32,000 nt of DNA. Source: Oikeobacillus pervagus. GTDB lineage: Bacteria > Bacillota > Bacilli > Bacillales > DSM-23947. The notes beneath the pieces were generated by a model. It was given only the letters and a program-made list of their open reading frames with translations, did not search any database and was not told the DNA's origin. The stretch spans positions 1-32,000 of the forward strand of contig NZ_JAUSUC010000008.1 in NCBI RefSeq assembly GCF_030813365.1, given 5' to 3'. Of this stretch, positions 1 through 8,620 are shown piece by piece (position 1 is the first letter of the stretch; every line of letters starts with the position of its first letter). The position numbers and the translations under genes are program-made.

Positions 1-89
1 CTCAAATTATTGAACCGCCGTATACGGAACCGTACGTACGGTGGTGTGAGAGGGTCGAACGAATCAAAATTCCGATTCGTTCACTCTAC
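1..89 (+). mobile_element. Probable 3' terminal fragment (domain V-VI) of a group II intron, cut by the window edge
   Basis: nt 15-44 (ccgccgtat...acgtacggtgg) have the same ccgtat/acgtacgg arms as the domain V copies at 20127-20160 and 22719-22752. A 9-bp hairpin follows (gaacgaatc/gattcgttc) with an unpaired A, then a ...ctac end. It is atypical: CGC instead of AGC at the triad position and a shorter upper helix with a GAAC loop. Confidence 0.5.
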
Positions 90-186
90 TCGATTTACAC
101 CATGTTTATAAAAACAGCTAAAACTGGGCGAGTGTTTTTACAAGTGTTGCATGGAGGACACAGTTTTTCTTTATTTTGAAATAATA

Positions 187-231
187 TGTAATCGTATTGT
201 AATCTTCGTAACTGTTTGAATATGGTATAAC
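187..231 (+). promoter_or_regulatory. WalR (YycF)-type direct repeat plus extended -10 upstream of the 3D-domain gene
   Basis: TGTAAT (187-192), 5 nt spacer cgtat, TGTAAT (198-203) is an exact match to the TGTWAH-N5-TGTWAH WalR consensus. tgg-tataac (223-231) is an extended -10 candidate. RBS gaaagggg lies at 247-254. Confidence 0.5.
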
Positions 232-260
232 TGTTATTAACAGCAGAAAGGGGTTGTCCT

Positions 261-1397
261 ATGCGATTCATTACACGAACCATTGCTTTTTTGATGGTCG
301 GTATACTTCTATGTATACATGCAACAATTGAAGTTCGCGCAGAAACAAGTCAGGAAAGCTTACATAAAGTTCAAAAGGAATTATTACAAAATAAGGAAGA
401 TATTCAGCAAAAAGAGAAGGAGAAGACATCCTTAAATAAAGAAATTAAAACATTGCAACAAGAATGGAAGTCACTTCAAACTGAGATTTCAAACAATGAA
501 AAAGAATTAAACAAAATTGAAAGTAAAATAAAGGAAACAAATAAAGAAATTGAAAAGAAAAAAGAGGAAATTGTTAAACTAGAAGATGAAGTTCTAGCTA
601 GAGAATCGATCATTTCCAAACGGATGATTGCCTATCAGGAAAAAAGTCGTACTAATTTGATCATTGATACATTATTAAGTTCTGAGGGCATTGGAGATTT
701 TTTTAACCGTGTAAATGCTGTCACACTTGTATTAGATGCCGATCAAGATATATTAACACAGCAACAACAAGATCTTGAGCAAATTGAAAAAGATAAACAG
801 AAAATTGCCGAACAAGAAGCGATTTTGAAAGAAAATCAAGGAGCTTTAGCGGTCACACATGAAAAATTGGAAGGGATTTTAGAAAAACGTCAAGAAACGA
901 TCAAAAGTCTTCAATCAAAATACGCGTTGATTGAAAAAGATATTGACCAATCCAAAAAAAATGATGCCAATCTACAATCACAGATTAAACAAATGGAAAG
1001 TAAAATAAAAGAAGAACAAAAGGCGGCAAAAGAAAGAGCCGAAAGAATTGAATCTGAGACGGCAGTTGAAACAACTCCAAATGTAGTCAGTCAAAGTCAA
1101 GGTCCAGTAGAAGGAAAAGAATTATACGTGACGGCAACAGCCTATAGTCATGAAGAAAATGGTTCAGTCACAGCTTTAGGATATAATATTAAGAAAAACC
1201 CAAATATGAAATTAATCGCAGTCGACCCATCAGTCATTCCATTAGGGAAAAGAGTATGGGTGGAAGGGTATGGAGAGGCGATTGCAGGGGACACAGGTGG
1301 AGCAATCAAAGGCCATAAAATCGACGTTTTAATGCCAAACAAAAAAGCAGCAAATGCGTGGGGACGGAGAACGGTTAAAATTATAATATTAAATTAA
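261..1397 (+). CDS. Secreted coiled-coil protein with a C-terminal 3D domain (YocH/YuiC/YabE-like cell-wall lytic transglycosylase-type fold)
   Basis: 378-aa ORF with a good RBS and an N-terminal signal peptide (MRFITRTIAFLMVGILLCIHATIEVRA). It has about 240 aa of K/E/Q-rich heptad-like coiled coil. The C-terminus YVTATAYS...IAVDPSVIPLG...GDTGGAIKGHKIDV is typical of the 3D domain. Confidence 0.8.
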   Translation: MRFITRTIAFLMVGILLCIHATIEVRAETSQESLHKVQKELLQNKEDIQQKEKEKTSLNKEIKTLQQEWKSLQTEISNNEKELNKIESKIKETNKEIEKKKEEIVKLEDEVLARESIISKRMIAYQEKSRTNLIIDTLLSSEGIGDFFNRVNAVTLVLDADQDILTQQQQDLEQIEKDKQKIAEQEAILKENQGALAVTHEKLEGILEKRQETIKSLQSKYALIEKDIDQSKKNDANLQSQIKQMESKIKEEQKAAKERAERIESETAVETTPNVVSQSQGPVEGKELYVTATAYSHEENGSVTALGYNIKKNPNMKLIAVDPSVIPLGKRVWVEGYGEAIAGDTGGAIKGHKIDVLMPNKKAANAWGRRTVKIIILN

Positions 1398-1400
1398 AGG

Positions 1401-1438
1401 AAGGCTCCAAAGTGCTAAGCACGAATTGGAGCCTTTTT
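1401..1438 (+). terminator. Rho-independent terminator
   Basis: 10-bp perfect stem aaggctccaa / ttggagcctt followed by a T-run. It sits between convergent genes, so it could act on both strands. Confidence 0.75.
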
Positions 1439-1505
1439 AACATTAAGAAAGAATAAACTGCAAAAATCCGTACGCCGATGGACGAGGCGCTTTCGCATTT
1501 GTTCA

Positions 1506-3617
1506 TTATTCTATTGTTAAAACATCACTGTAGATCGTTAAATAATCTACTTTTGGTAAGGAATCGAAGTTTTGTAATAATATACTTTTGTTGTAATCGA
1601 CAATAAATCTAGAATAATGATCTTCTTGGTCAATTTCCGTTGAGTTTGGTGTTGGAGATGCTTCGTCAATTTTATAGATTTCTCCTCGAATTACGTTAAT
1701 TTCTAAATCTTTTTTAGCAAATAAACCACCATTAATAAAGAACAAAGAACCAACACCGTATAATTCAGCATTACTTTCTGTATAAAAGAAGGCTTTTAAT
1801 GGTGTGATGGCTTCATTTTCATGTGGTATATAGTCCTGTGCGTCTTTGGTCTCTTTTGGATGATGAAAATTATTGAACTCATTTACCCGAGTAATTAAAA
1901 GCTTGTCCCTTGATAGGAGGATTAACTGTTTTTTTATTTGTCCTCTTGGTAGACCCTTAATATTTAAGTTAGAAACCGTTGCCTTTCCTTGTGTATAAAT
2001 GACAGCATCGAATTCAATTGAATCATTTTCTTTTCGGTCGCCACCATCCCCTTCATCGTCTGAATCACCGCGTATGGTTAAGTCTTCTACAGATAATAAA
2101 GTTCCAGCAATTTGGGTATCATCATTATTATGGGAAATCAATTTCATTTCGCCTGTTGAATACATATCACCAGAAAAATTTAGAGATTGTGAGTTTTCTA
2201 GTATGATGGTACCCGAACTGACAAGATCAGTCTCAATCGTTAGATTCCCTTTATTATTGAACTCCAATTTCTCTCCAGAATATAGATTTGATAAAGATTG
2301 AATGTTCATCATTCCTATATTTTTAATGAATACTTTCCCTTTACTCGCAATCGATCCGTTTATTTTCATCGTTTTTTTATTCTCAATTCTAATTTCATCT
2401 TCAGAAAAAATAGCCTCCATCGATAAGGATCCTTCCTCTGTGTTGATCACCTTGATTGATTTTGCTTTTACTTTTCCTTGCACAGTAAATTGGCCGTGAT
2501 TATTAATGATTTCCACTTTACCATCAACGATTAGATTGTCTACACTCATATTTTGGTTTGCCACAATGGTGAGGTCGCCACCTATTTCAACATTTTTGAA
2601 GTGTGAAGGTGAATTCGTATTTGTGATCGTTAAATCTCCCGTTTGTTTTATATGTGAACCATGTAATGAATGGACAATAGCCTTTCCTTTCTCATCGTAA
2701 GTCCAGTATTTCCCGTCCACAATTTTATCAGTAAGGAATTCTTCATGTTCTGGATATTCTATAGTCGGAAAATCTTCCATGGTAAATAAATTTACCTTGC
2801 CTTCGATTTTTTTCTTTTCCTCTTCAAACGCCTCATCGAAGTGAACTTCTTGATACTGACTGTCATTTTTTAAATATGGTATTCTTTGTTTATAAAAATG
2901 ATCCGCTTTTAAAACATGATAGATTTTATCGGCTTTAAAATCGTTAGCATAAAGGTCCCCTATGACAGAGGGGTAGGGAGTTTTGATTGTGCTCGGATCA
3001 TCTTCCGCATCGTTTGGTAAGAAATATTTGGCTTCTTCTTGAATATGTAGATTATTTGCGAATACGTTTCCAGCAATATTAGGTGAGCCGTTTAAAGAAA
3101 GAATCCCTTTTTCTGATCCTACTGCATACTTTAAAAAGCTTGGAAGAGGGGAGATAATCAATCGTTTTTTCGCAGTGCGGTCAATTTTACCTTTCCCTTC
3201 TTCAGTTTTGGTTGTGACGGAAATTTCAAATACACGTGTAAGTGTTTCCGATGGTTTTACTTCTTTATAATTAGTTGTTACATCTTTATATTCGATACGT
3301 TCAATTCCGTTTTCGGAGAGATATTCATTTTTGATAGAATCAAGAATCTCTCGAATTTTATTAGAAACAGTTGCTGTTCGTAAATTCTCAATTTCATAGT
3401 CTTCAACTCGAAGATGACGTGATAAGTCGGCTGTGATCTGGTCAAGTACTTTCACCGCTTCATATGTCGTATTGACTTCGGCTTCTCGAATCGAGGTACG
3501 TTTCGAGCCACCGATCGTAGCGGCAACGATAGCCATTCCGATCGTCATAAAGATTACAGAGATTAAGAGAACAAGTATTAAGGTATTCCCATTTTCAGTC
3601 ATTATCCATTTTTTCAT
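1506..3617 (-). CDS. Large PilX-like pilus-associated protein (N-terminal pilin-like hydrophobic anchor, central beta-helix-like repeats); putative tip or adhesin component
   Basis: 703-aa ORF translationally coupled to the upstream minor pilin (1-nt overlap). The N-terminus NGNTLILVLLISVIFMTIGMAIVAATIGG resembles the PilX N-terminal domain. The middle has repeated G(D/N)LTI / GKV.I.N segments suggestive of a beta-helix. Confidence 0.6.
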   Translation of the reverse strand: MKKWIMTENGNTLILVLLISVIFMTIGMAIVAATIGGSKRTSIREAEVNTTYEAVKVLDQITADLSRHLRVEDYEIENLRTATVSNKIREILDSIKNEYLSENGIERIEYKDVTTNYKEVKPSETLTRVFEISVTTKTEEGKGKIDRTAKKRLIISPLPSFLKYAVGSEKGILSLNGSPNIAGNVFANNLHIQEEAKYFLPNDAEDDPSTIKTPYPSVIGDLYANDFKADKIYHVLKADHFYKQRIPYLKNDSQYQEVHFDEAFEEEKKKIEGKVNLFTMEDFPTIEYPEHEEFLTDKIVDGKYWTYDEKGKAIVHSLHGSHIKQTGDLTITNTNSPSHFKNVEIGGDLTIVANQNMSVDNLIVDGKVEIINNHGQFTVQGKVKAKSIKVINTEEGSLSMEAIFSEDEIRIENKKTMKINGSIASKGKVFIKNIGMMNIQSLSNLYSGEKLEFNNKGNLTIETDLVSSGTIILENSQSLNFSGDMYSTGEMKLISHNNDDTQIAGTLLSVEDLTIRGDSDDEGDGGDRKENDSIEFDAVIYTQGKATVSNLNIKGLPRGQIKKQLILLSRDKLLITRVNEFNNFHHPKETKDAQDYIPHENEAITPLKAFFYTESNAELYGVGSLFFINGGLFAKKDLEINVIRGEIYKIDEASPTPNSTEIDQEDHYSRFIVDYNKSILLQNFDSLPKVDYLTIYSDVLTIE

Positions 3618-4225
3618 TAAAATCCGAACTCGCTTTCTAATGTTAATGATTGATCTGTTTTTCCAGGCTGGCTCATGTTGTTTGTTAACTTAATAATGCC
3701 ACTTGAACATTTTTCATCCTTTTTGTTTTCATTTGGACAAAAAAATTCTAAAGTCGAACCTGTGAAATCAGACTCTGTTTCCAAAATTTGATCATTCATT
3801 TTATATGAGGTTTTTCCATTCTCTTCAATTATTTCAATTCGAGTTTCCTCAGCAGTTATTTCTTCTTTTTCTACCTCATAATATTTCAAGGAATCCTTTT
3901 CTACTGGAGCAAGTGTTGTCCTTTCGGATTGGATTATTTTTATGCAATTTTTCCCGCATTTTTCCACATAATTAAATGGTTCTGAATAAAATTCATTCAT
4001 CACTAAAGTAACGACATAGTCTGCATCATCACGAAACTGAACTTCTGTTGATTGTTTTACATATATTTTTTGCCCCGTCACCAATACACCCCAAATAATC
4101 GGAGCTAGGATGGCGAATATCGTGATGGCTGCCAGTATTTCCACGAGTGTTAATCCATGTTTATCGTAGATCTTCGCTTTTAATCGTGCCATCAAGTGTA
4201 GTTGCTTTTTCATTTTCATTTTCAT
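3617..4225 (-). CDS. Minor pilin / pseudopilin (prepilin-type N-terminal cleavage/methylation domain)
   Basis: Leader ending ...KHG followed by LTLVEILAAITIFAILAPIIWGVLV (the G|xTLxE prepilin motif plus a hydrophobic helix). The SD gggaggg favours the third Met codon (4219) as the start. It overlaps the upstream ORF by about 59-65 nt. Confidence 0.75.
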   Translation of the reverse strand: MKMKMKKQLHLMARLKAKIYDKHGLTLVEILAAITIFAILAPIIWGVLVTGQKIYVKQSTEVQFRDDADYVVTLVMNEFYSEPFNYVEKCGKNCIKIIQSERTTLAPVEKDSLKYYEVEKEEITAEETRIEIIEENGKTSYKMNDQILETESDFTGSTLEFFCPNENKKDEKCSSGIIKLTNNMSQPGKTDQSLTLESEFGF

Positions 4226-4676
4226 TTCCCTCCCATTCCACCTTCACTTGGATCGGCATATAATAATTTGGATCTTGATCCTGATTGAAATGCTTGTCGG
4301 GATGGGGGTAAATGGAAACTTTATATGAGACATTATTAATCCGAATATTTTCACATTTACCTAATGAATCTGATTCTAAAAGACTATACTTTTTATCACA
4401 AATAGCAAGTCGATAACTTTCATTATGACGATCGGCGCTGATATTTGATTGAAGGAAATAACCTCGTACTTTAATAAAATCTTGCTTTTCCATAAACATT
4501 AAGGCATTTCTCGCCACATTTATGGCCACCGTTTTATTTTCATTCATGACTTTGTATTTGCCTGAATGATAAAAGAAGTTCATGACGCTTAATAAAATCA
4601 TCGATAAGATGGTGACCGAAAGCAATAATTCAATGAGTGTGAAACCTTTTTGGTTTTTTAGGACAATTTTTGACAA
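4161..4676 (-). CDS. Minor pilin (PilV-like; prepilin-type N-terminal domain)
   Basis: TTG start with SD aaagga. N-terminus MSKIVLKNQKG|FTLIELLLSVTILSMILLSV is a canonical prepilin peptidase site with Glu at +5. Confidence 0.75.
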   Translation of the reverse strand: MSKIVLKNQKGFTLIELLLSVTILSMILLSVMNFFYHSGKYKVMNENKTVAINVARNALMFMEKQDFIKVRGYFLQSNISADRHNESYRLAICDKKYSLLESDSLGKCENIRINNVSYKVSIYPHPDKHFNQDQDPNYYMPIQVKVEWEGNENENEKATTLDGTIKSEDLR

Positions 4677-4792
4677 TCGAATCCTTTTCCCTTCTTTTAA
4701 AATTCTTTGTTTTATTATACAATAGTTTATAGTTCTATTTTCATAAAAAATAGATAAAAAGGTTAAAATATCCTATTATTTGAGGCGTAGAA

Positions 4793-6388
4793 ATGACAAA
4801 AATTATAACTTTACTATTATCAATATTCCTTATTATCCCGATATTGTATTTAATTCCTTTGAGCTTATCGGTAAAAGGGAGGATGGTTATTACAAGTGTG
4901 ACGGTTTTTATCGTTTTGATGGGATTTTTTACCCAGCTGATTTTACCACTTTGGCAAGTGTTCATCATTTTAATTATTCTCCTCTGTTTGTCAGCTTATT
5001 TTCTTAATAAATATGGTGCAAAATGGTTATTTGAACAAACAAGCGATGAGGAAATAGTGGAGGAAATTGGAAATCCCGCCCACAATACAAAACCTGTTAT
5101 GCCTAATGATCATAAGGAAGCCATAATTCCTCCAACAAAACATTCAAAGACTATGGATGGAATAGCAGCTGGGATACAGGAAGATGACCATGTGGAACAA
5201 CAGGAAAAGCTTACTGACGAATTACATCCGATAGAAGAGTCTTCTAGAGTAGATTCAGAAAAGATAGATGAAGAGGAAGTAAATAGAGTAGAAGATTACA
5301 TCGCCCCTTTGAAGGAACAAGTAGTAACAAAGGAAGAGGATCAGTTGTTAGAGGAATTTTTCGATCATGATGTTGGTGGAATAAATGAATGGGATATGCT
5401 TGAGAAATTAGATGAAAACATTCCGGTAGGATCAAGTGGTCATCAACAAAAAGCGGATGAAGATTCGTATAATATTGAAGAATTATTTTCGGAAGAGTTA
5501 TTGTACATAAATGATGAGGGTGAACCATTAGATAAGTCCAAACATGAATCAAATGTAGTAGAGGAGGAAGAACCACTCATTCTTGATGGAGAAATTCATG
5601 TGCCAAGCGAATCTTCTACACTAGCGGAAATGACAGGAAATACAGAAGATTGCTACAACGAGAAGAATGAGAAAGAAACGAGTGATCCAATCGAACGAGT
5701 TGAGGATGAGGATCAGGATCAGGATGAAGTGGTTAAGTCCCTTAGTCCACTCCCACAAGATCAAGAGGGGTACGATATTGAAAGTGAAACTCAAAAAAAA
5801 GAAGTCAAAGACGAAGAAGAGGAAAATTACGAATATTTGGGACAGGATGAAACCATCCCAACGGAAATATATAAACTTGAACAGGCTCATCTAGAGAATA
5901 TAGAAGACAATCTAGAGGAGAAAGATATTAGGGTTGAACCCGTTTTTTCACAAAATGAAATGAATGAACAGGGGGGAAGAGCTACGCAGCTTGAATTTAT
6001 TGATGAGAAAATGGAAGAACAAATAGAGGACAAAGAAGTGGAAATAGTAGCAGACGTAGAGGAGAGAATGATAAAAGAAGAAAAGAAAGTGATCCATCAT
6101 GAATTATTAACCTCGATGCTTTTGCAAATAGAAATGAAAAAACAATTACTTCCGCGATCGGATTATGAGGCGATGATCAAGTCCCACCTTCATACGAATT
6201 TACATGATCGAGATTATTTTATTTTTGCAAAAGTGTTACTCGCTTCCTATATGGAATCAGAAAATGAAGCTGAATTTCGCACTTTTACTCATGAGTTAGA
6301 AGAGAAATTTCGTACATATCCATTTATTATGAAAGAGATTGCGACCTTTAGGTTATTATTCATGAAAATAATGGATGATAAACAATAA
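4793..6388 (+). CDS. Membrane-anchored, highly acidic (E/D-rich) protein of unknown function
   Basis: 531-aa ORF. Residues 1-75 form about three hydrophobic helices. A stretch of about 330 aa of E/D-rich low complexity follows, then a non-acidic C-terminal domain of about 110 aa. I recognise no family. Confidence 0.6.
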   Translation: MTKIITLLLSIFLIIPILYLIPLSLSVKGRMVITSVTVFIVLMGFFTQLILPLWQVFIILIILLCLSAYFLNKYGAKWLFEQTSDEEIVEEIGNPAHNTKPVMPNDHKEAIIPPTKHSKTMDGIAAGIQEDDHVEQQEKLTDELHPIEESSRVDSEKIDEEEVNRVEDYIAPLKEQVVTKEEDQLLEEFFDHDVGGINEWDMLEKLDENIPVGSSGHQQKADEDSYNIEELFSEELLYINDEGEPLDKSKHESNVVEEEEPLILDGEIHVPSESSTLAEMTGNTEDCYNEKNEKETSDPIERVEDEDQDQDEVVKSLSPLPQDQEGYDIESETQKKEVKDEEEENYEYLGQDETIPTEIYKLEQAHLENIEDNLEEKDIRVEPVFSQNEMNEQGGRATQLEFIDEKMEEQIEDKEVEIVADVEERMIKEEKKVIHHELLTSMLLQIEMKKQLLPRSDYEAMIKSHLHTNLHDRDYFIFAKVLLASYMESENEAEFRTFTHELEEKFRTYPFIMKEIATFRLLFMKIMDDKQ

Positions 6389-6480
6389 TTTTTGAATTTA
6401 TCTAGTAAAGTATACTTATGATCAAAAAGGAAGAATGATATACTTTTGTCATGAATATAAAGACAGGTGAGGTATGAAAA

Positions 6481-7185
6481 ATGAAAAAATCAGCGGAAAT
6501 TAAAGGATTGCCCATTATAAGTATTATGGATGGAATTGAAATTGGGCGTGTAAAATCGTTAGTGATTAATCCGGACCAAGGAAGTGTCGACTTTTTCACA
6601 GTCGAGCATGAAGAATGGCAATATAGTGGAAAAGCGATCCCATTTCGGAAAGTAGTCGGAATTGGGGAATATGCCTTAACAGTAGAAAATGAGAATGCTG
6701 TAATTGATTTAAATGAAATTCCAATTGCAAATGATCTTTTTAATAAAAAAACAAAGATTGAAAATACAAGATTAATGACGAGAAAAGGGCAGTTAATCGG
6801 AGAGGCGAAAGAGTACTATATCGATGAGCAATCAGGGAAAATTGTTTCTATAGAAGTACAAATGAAAGAAGAGAAAGTATTATTGGAAACTGAATATGTT
6901 GTGACATACGGAAAGGATATTATCATCGTGGCGGAACAGGCGACGGAACATTTAGTAGGGACAAATATAACTGAAATGGAAAAGGATTTTAATAAGAGCC
7001 TTGAAGAAATTGAACGGAAACAAGATCAATTATTAGTGGGAAAAACGGTTGTAAAAGATATACAAGATCGTCATGGTGAAATCATTATCGCAAAAGATGC
7101 CGTTCTCACGGAAGAAAGTGTAAGAAAAGCAAGATTGGCGGGTCCGGAAATATTTATCGAATTATCCATGAATATTATTGAATAA
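6481..7185 (+). CDS. PRC-barrel domain protein (two PRC-like modules; YlmC/YmxH-like fold)
   Basis: SD aggtgagg lies 8 nt upstream. N-terminus IKGLPIISIMDGIEIGRVKSLVINPDQGSVDFF is a typical PRC-barrel signature. A second similar module sits around LMTRKGQLIGEAKEYYIDEQSGKIVSIEV. Confidence 0.6.
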   Translation: MKKSAEIKGLPIISIMDGIEIGRVKSLVINPDQGSVDFFTVEHEEWQYSGKAIPFRKVVGIGEYALTVENENAVIDLNEIPIANDLFNKKTKIENTRLMTRKGQLIGEAKEYYIDEQSGKIVSIEVQMKEEKVLLETEYVVTYGKDIIIVAEQATEHLVGTNITEMEKDFNKSLEEIERKQDQLLVGKTVVKDIQDRHGEIIIAKDAVLTEESVRKARLAGPEIFIELSMNIIE

Positions 7186-7205
7186 TCCATTTGGGGGCGT
7201 CTAAA

Positions 7206-8492
7206 TTGAAGGATATACAGTTCATTAAAGTGTTTATAAGTATGGTCTTATTAACCACCTATTTCATAACCTTTTCACACTACGGCGCCTTCGCTTATGA
7301 AAAGGTATTTCTATCAAGTTCAACATTTGCAGAGGGGACGAAAATAGGTCCTGTTGATGTATCGGAAAAAACAAAACCGATGTCTTTGAAAATATTAAAC
7401 AATCAAATTGATAAATGGAAGCAAGAAGCGAAGTTAAGCTTTCAATATGTTGAGAAACATGAAGAAATGGATGTGTCGATGATTGAAATAAGAAAGAAAG
7501 ATTCCGTTGCAAAAGCGGTTTCAGGTGAAACCAATCCTTTAATGGCCGATGTTTCCGAAAAACAATTAAAGTCCATGATTGCTTTTTCTTTTCCACAACT
7601 AGACCTTAATACATTTGATTTACAAAGTTTGCAGAAGGATCTAGCAGATATTGGTTCTTATTTACAAAAAGGAGAAACCGTCATCGATTTAACTTTGTAT
7701 TTAAAGGAGCAAAAGAAGCGGGATATTGTGGCAGAGAGATTATTTAAACATCAAGTAGGCCCAGACCTACAAGATTTTATCCATAAGCATTCGTCCATTA
7801 AAGTAACTGCAAATGCTGTTTTCTCCTTTAATGAATGGATCGAAAAAACAGGATTTCGCTCGTTGGAGGAGGATGATTTAAACCTATTATCCACTTCCTT
7901 GTTCCAGATCATTATGCAGTCAAATTTTTTAATTTTGGAAAAAAACCAGAGTGAGAGTTTACCAGGAAATATCGAGCTTGGAACAGAAGCAAAGGTCCAA
8001 CCAGAGAAAAATCTGAATTTTTCCTTTATGAATCCAAATGATCAAGAATACATAATTGAAATGAAAATGGTGAATGGAAAATTATATATGGCATTAAAAG
8101 GGATCCCCTTTGCCTATCAATATAAAATGATACTGAAAAATAAAGAAACGATCGCACCAAAAGTTGTCGTAAGGTATTCACCATCCCTTCCGTTTAATGA
8201 GATGAAAGTGAAGACTTCTGGAAAAAAGGGGTTACTTATACAAGTGTATAGAGTGGCTTCTGAACTAAATGATAAATATAAGGAAGAAAAAATTTCTGAG
8301 GATTTTTATCCACCCGTTCACCGAGTAGAAATTCATAGCTCGTTAAAGCCACCTGAGCCAAAGCAAGTAGAGGAAGAGGACTCAAAAGAAAGTACACAAC
8401 AACCCAAATCTGATCAGCTAAACAAGAATGAACCAAATGAAGGTCAAAAGGATAACGAAACTAAAGCAGAAAATAAACAGCAAGCATCTTAA
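7206..8492 (+). CDS. VanW-like domain protein with N-terminal membrane anchor and Pro/Glu/Lys-rich tail
   Basis: ORF open from 7191. The TTG at 7206 has SD ggggg 8 nt upstream. The FSFNEWIEKTG...LSTSLFQIIMQSNFLILEKNQS...LNFSFMNPND pattern resembles the VanW domain in degenerate form, lacking the GGGVCQ-type stretch. It lies 5 nt downstream of the PRC-barrel gene. Confidence 0.5.
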   Translation: MKDIQFIKVFISMVLLTTYFITFSHYGAFAYEKVFLSSSTFAEGTKIGPVDVSEKTKPMSLKILNNQIDKWKQEAKLSFQYVEKHEEMDVSMIEIRKKDSVAKAVSGETNPLMADVSEKQLKSMIAFSFPQLDLNTFDLQSLQKDLADIGSYLQKGETVIDLTLYLKEQKKRDIVAERLFKHQVGPDLQDFIHKHSSIKVTANAVFSFNEWIEKTGFRSLEEDDLNLLSTSLFQIIMQSNFLILEKNQSESLPGNIELGTEAKVQPEKNLNFSFMNPNDQEYIIEMKMVNGKLYMALKGIPFAYQYKMILKNKETIAPKVVVRYSPSLPFNEMKVKTSGKKGLLIQVYRVASELNDKYKEEKISEDFYPPVHRVEIHSSLKPPEPKQVEEEDSKESTQQPKSDQLNKNEPNEGQKDNETKAENKQQAS

Positions 8493-8620
8493 TGTGTATT
8501 AGAGTTCGTTTGAAGATGGAAAGAATTATGAACAAAGTGGAGGAAGAATGTAAAGACCAAGAACAAAAAATTCGTCTTGGCATCTTCCCCTCCTTATGTA
8601 TAGAAAAAAGGTGATTTGAT

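Noticed and set aside
95-283. 62-aa minus-strand ORF across the promoter region of the 3D-domain gene
   Set aside because: It overlaps the WalR box, the RBS and the start codon of a much better supported gene, and has no SD or recognisable domain.
1999-3693. Several 60-100-aa plus-strand ORFs (1999-2301, 2018-2206, 2302-2499, 2506-2700, 3433-3693) antisense to the 703-aa gene
   Set aside because: They lie entirely inside a long, well-supported minus-strand ORF. They have no RBS, show S/F/I/P-rich composition typical of antisense frames in AT-rich genes, and contain no recognisable motifs.
5667-5894. K/R-rich 75-aa alternate-frame ORF and minus-strand ORFs inside the acidic protein gene
   Set aside because: They are frame-shifted read-outs of GAA/GAG-rich repeats. 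A lysine/arginine-rich mirror ORF is the expected artefact of an acidic low-complexity coding region.
8534-8600. 25-codon ORF (MNKVEEECKDQEQKIRLGIFPSLCI) and weak stem ccaaga/tcttgg in the spacer before pilB
   Set aside because: The SD is poor, the stem is only 6 bp with a 12-nt loop and no U-tract. This is insufficient evidence for a leader peptide or attenuator.
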